From NCBI RefSeq assembly GCF_004010195.1, contig NC_057719.1:9769003-9789002 (forward strand): a stretch of DNA of 20,000 bases, written 5' to 3'. A program made the position numbers and the translations under genes. Under the pieces are notes generated by a model, which saw only the letters and a list, made by a program, of their open reading frames with translations, was not told the origin of the DNA and searched no databases. Source of the stretch: Chiloscyllium plagiosum (taxonomy: Eukaryota). Below are positions 19,771 through 20,000 of the stretch, piece by piece. Every line of letters starts with the position of its first letter. Within the stretch, counting starts at the first letter, position 1.

Positions 19771-20000
19771 GAAAATGTGTTGCTGGAAAAGCGCAGCAGG
19801 TCAGGCAGCATCCAAGGAGCATGAGCCCTTCTTCAGGAATGAGGAAAGTGTGTCCAGCAGGCTAAGATAAAAGGTAGGGAGGAGGGACTTGGGGGAGGGG
19901 CGTTGGAAATGCGATAGGTGGAAGGAGGTTAAGGTGAGGGTGATAAGGTGAGGGTGATAGGCCGGAGTGGGGGTGGGGCGGAGAGGTCAGGAAGAAGATT
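19771..20000 (-). mobile_element. Penelope-like 3' region running off the window; hammerhead half deleted
   Basis: gttgctggaaaagcgcagcaggtcaggcagcatccaaggagc; minus strand attcctgaagaagggc lacks the GAAAC arm; 14-bp tandem duplication aaggtgagggtgat. Confidence 0.85.

Overview
Eukaryotic, repeat-dense, essentially non-coding DNA. The repeat set (HE1-type V-SINEs with (TCTAA)n tails, Deu-domain SINEs, abundant CR1 LINEs, Penelope-like ends) points to a cartilaginous fish, probably a shark (inference from recalled repeat motifs, no database search). Well over half of the window is decayed mobile DNA: CR1 fragments, a second CR1/L2-group LINE with a partner SINE, Rex1 and L2 fragments, four SINE families, a probable solo LTR and two MITEs, often nested 2-3 deep. 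Nearly all listed ORFs are broken retrotransposon frames or chance ORFs. The most interesting signals are: (i) seven Penelope-associated minimal hammerhead ribozyme motifs or remnants with covarying stems, one with an intact core; (ii) two non-repeat islands each pairing an exact TGATTGACAG (PBX-MEIS/PREP) with a POU octamer; (iii) a candidate terminal coding exon at 15776-15906 (-) that the ORF track misses; (iv) a 106-bp locally templated duplication. I cannot support a wholly new biological system here. Repeat boundaries are approximate unless a TSD or TIR is given.
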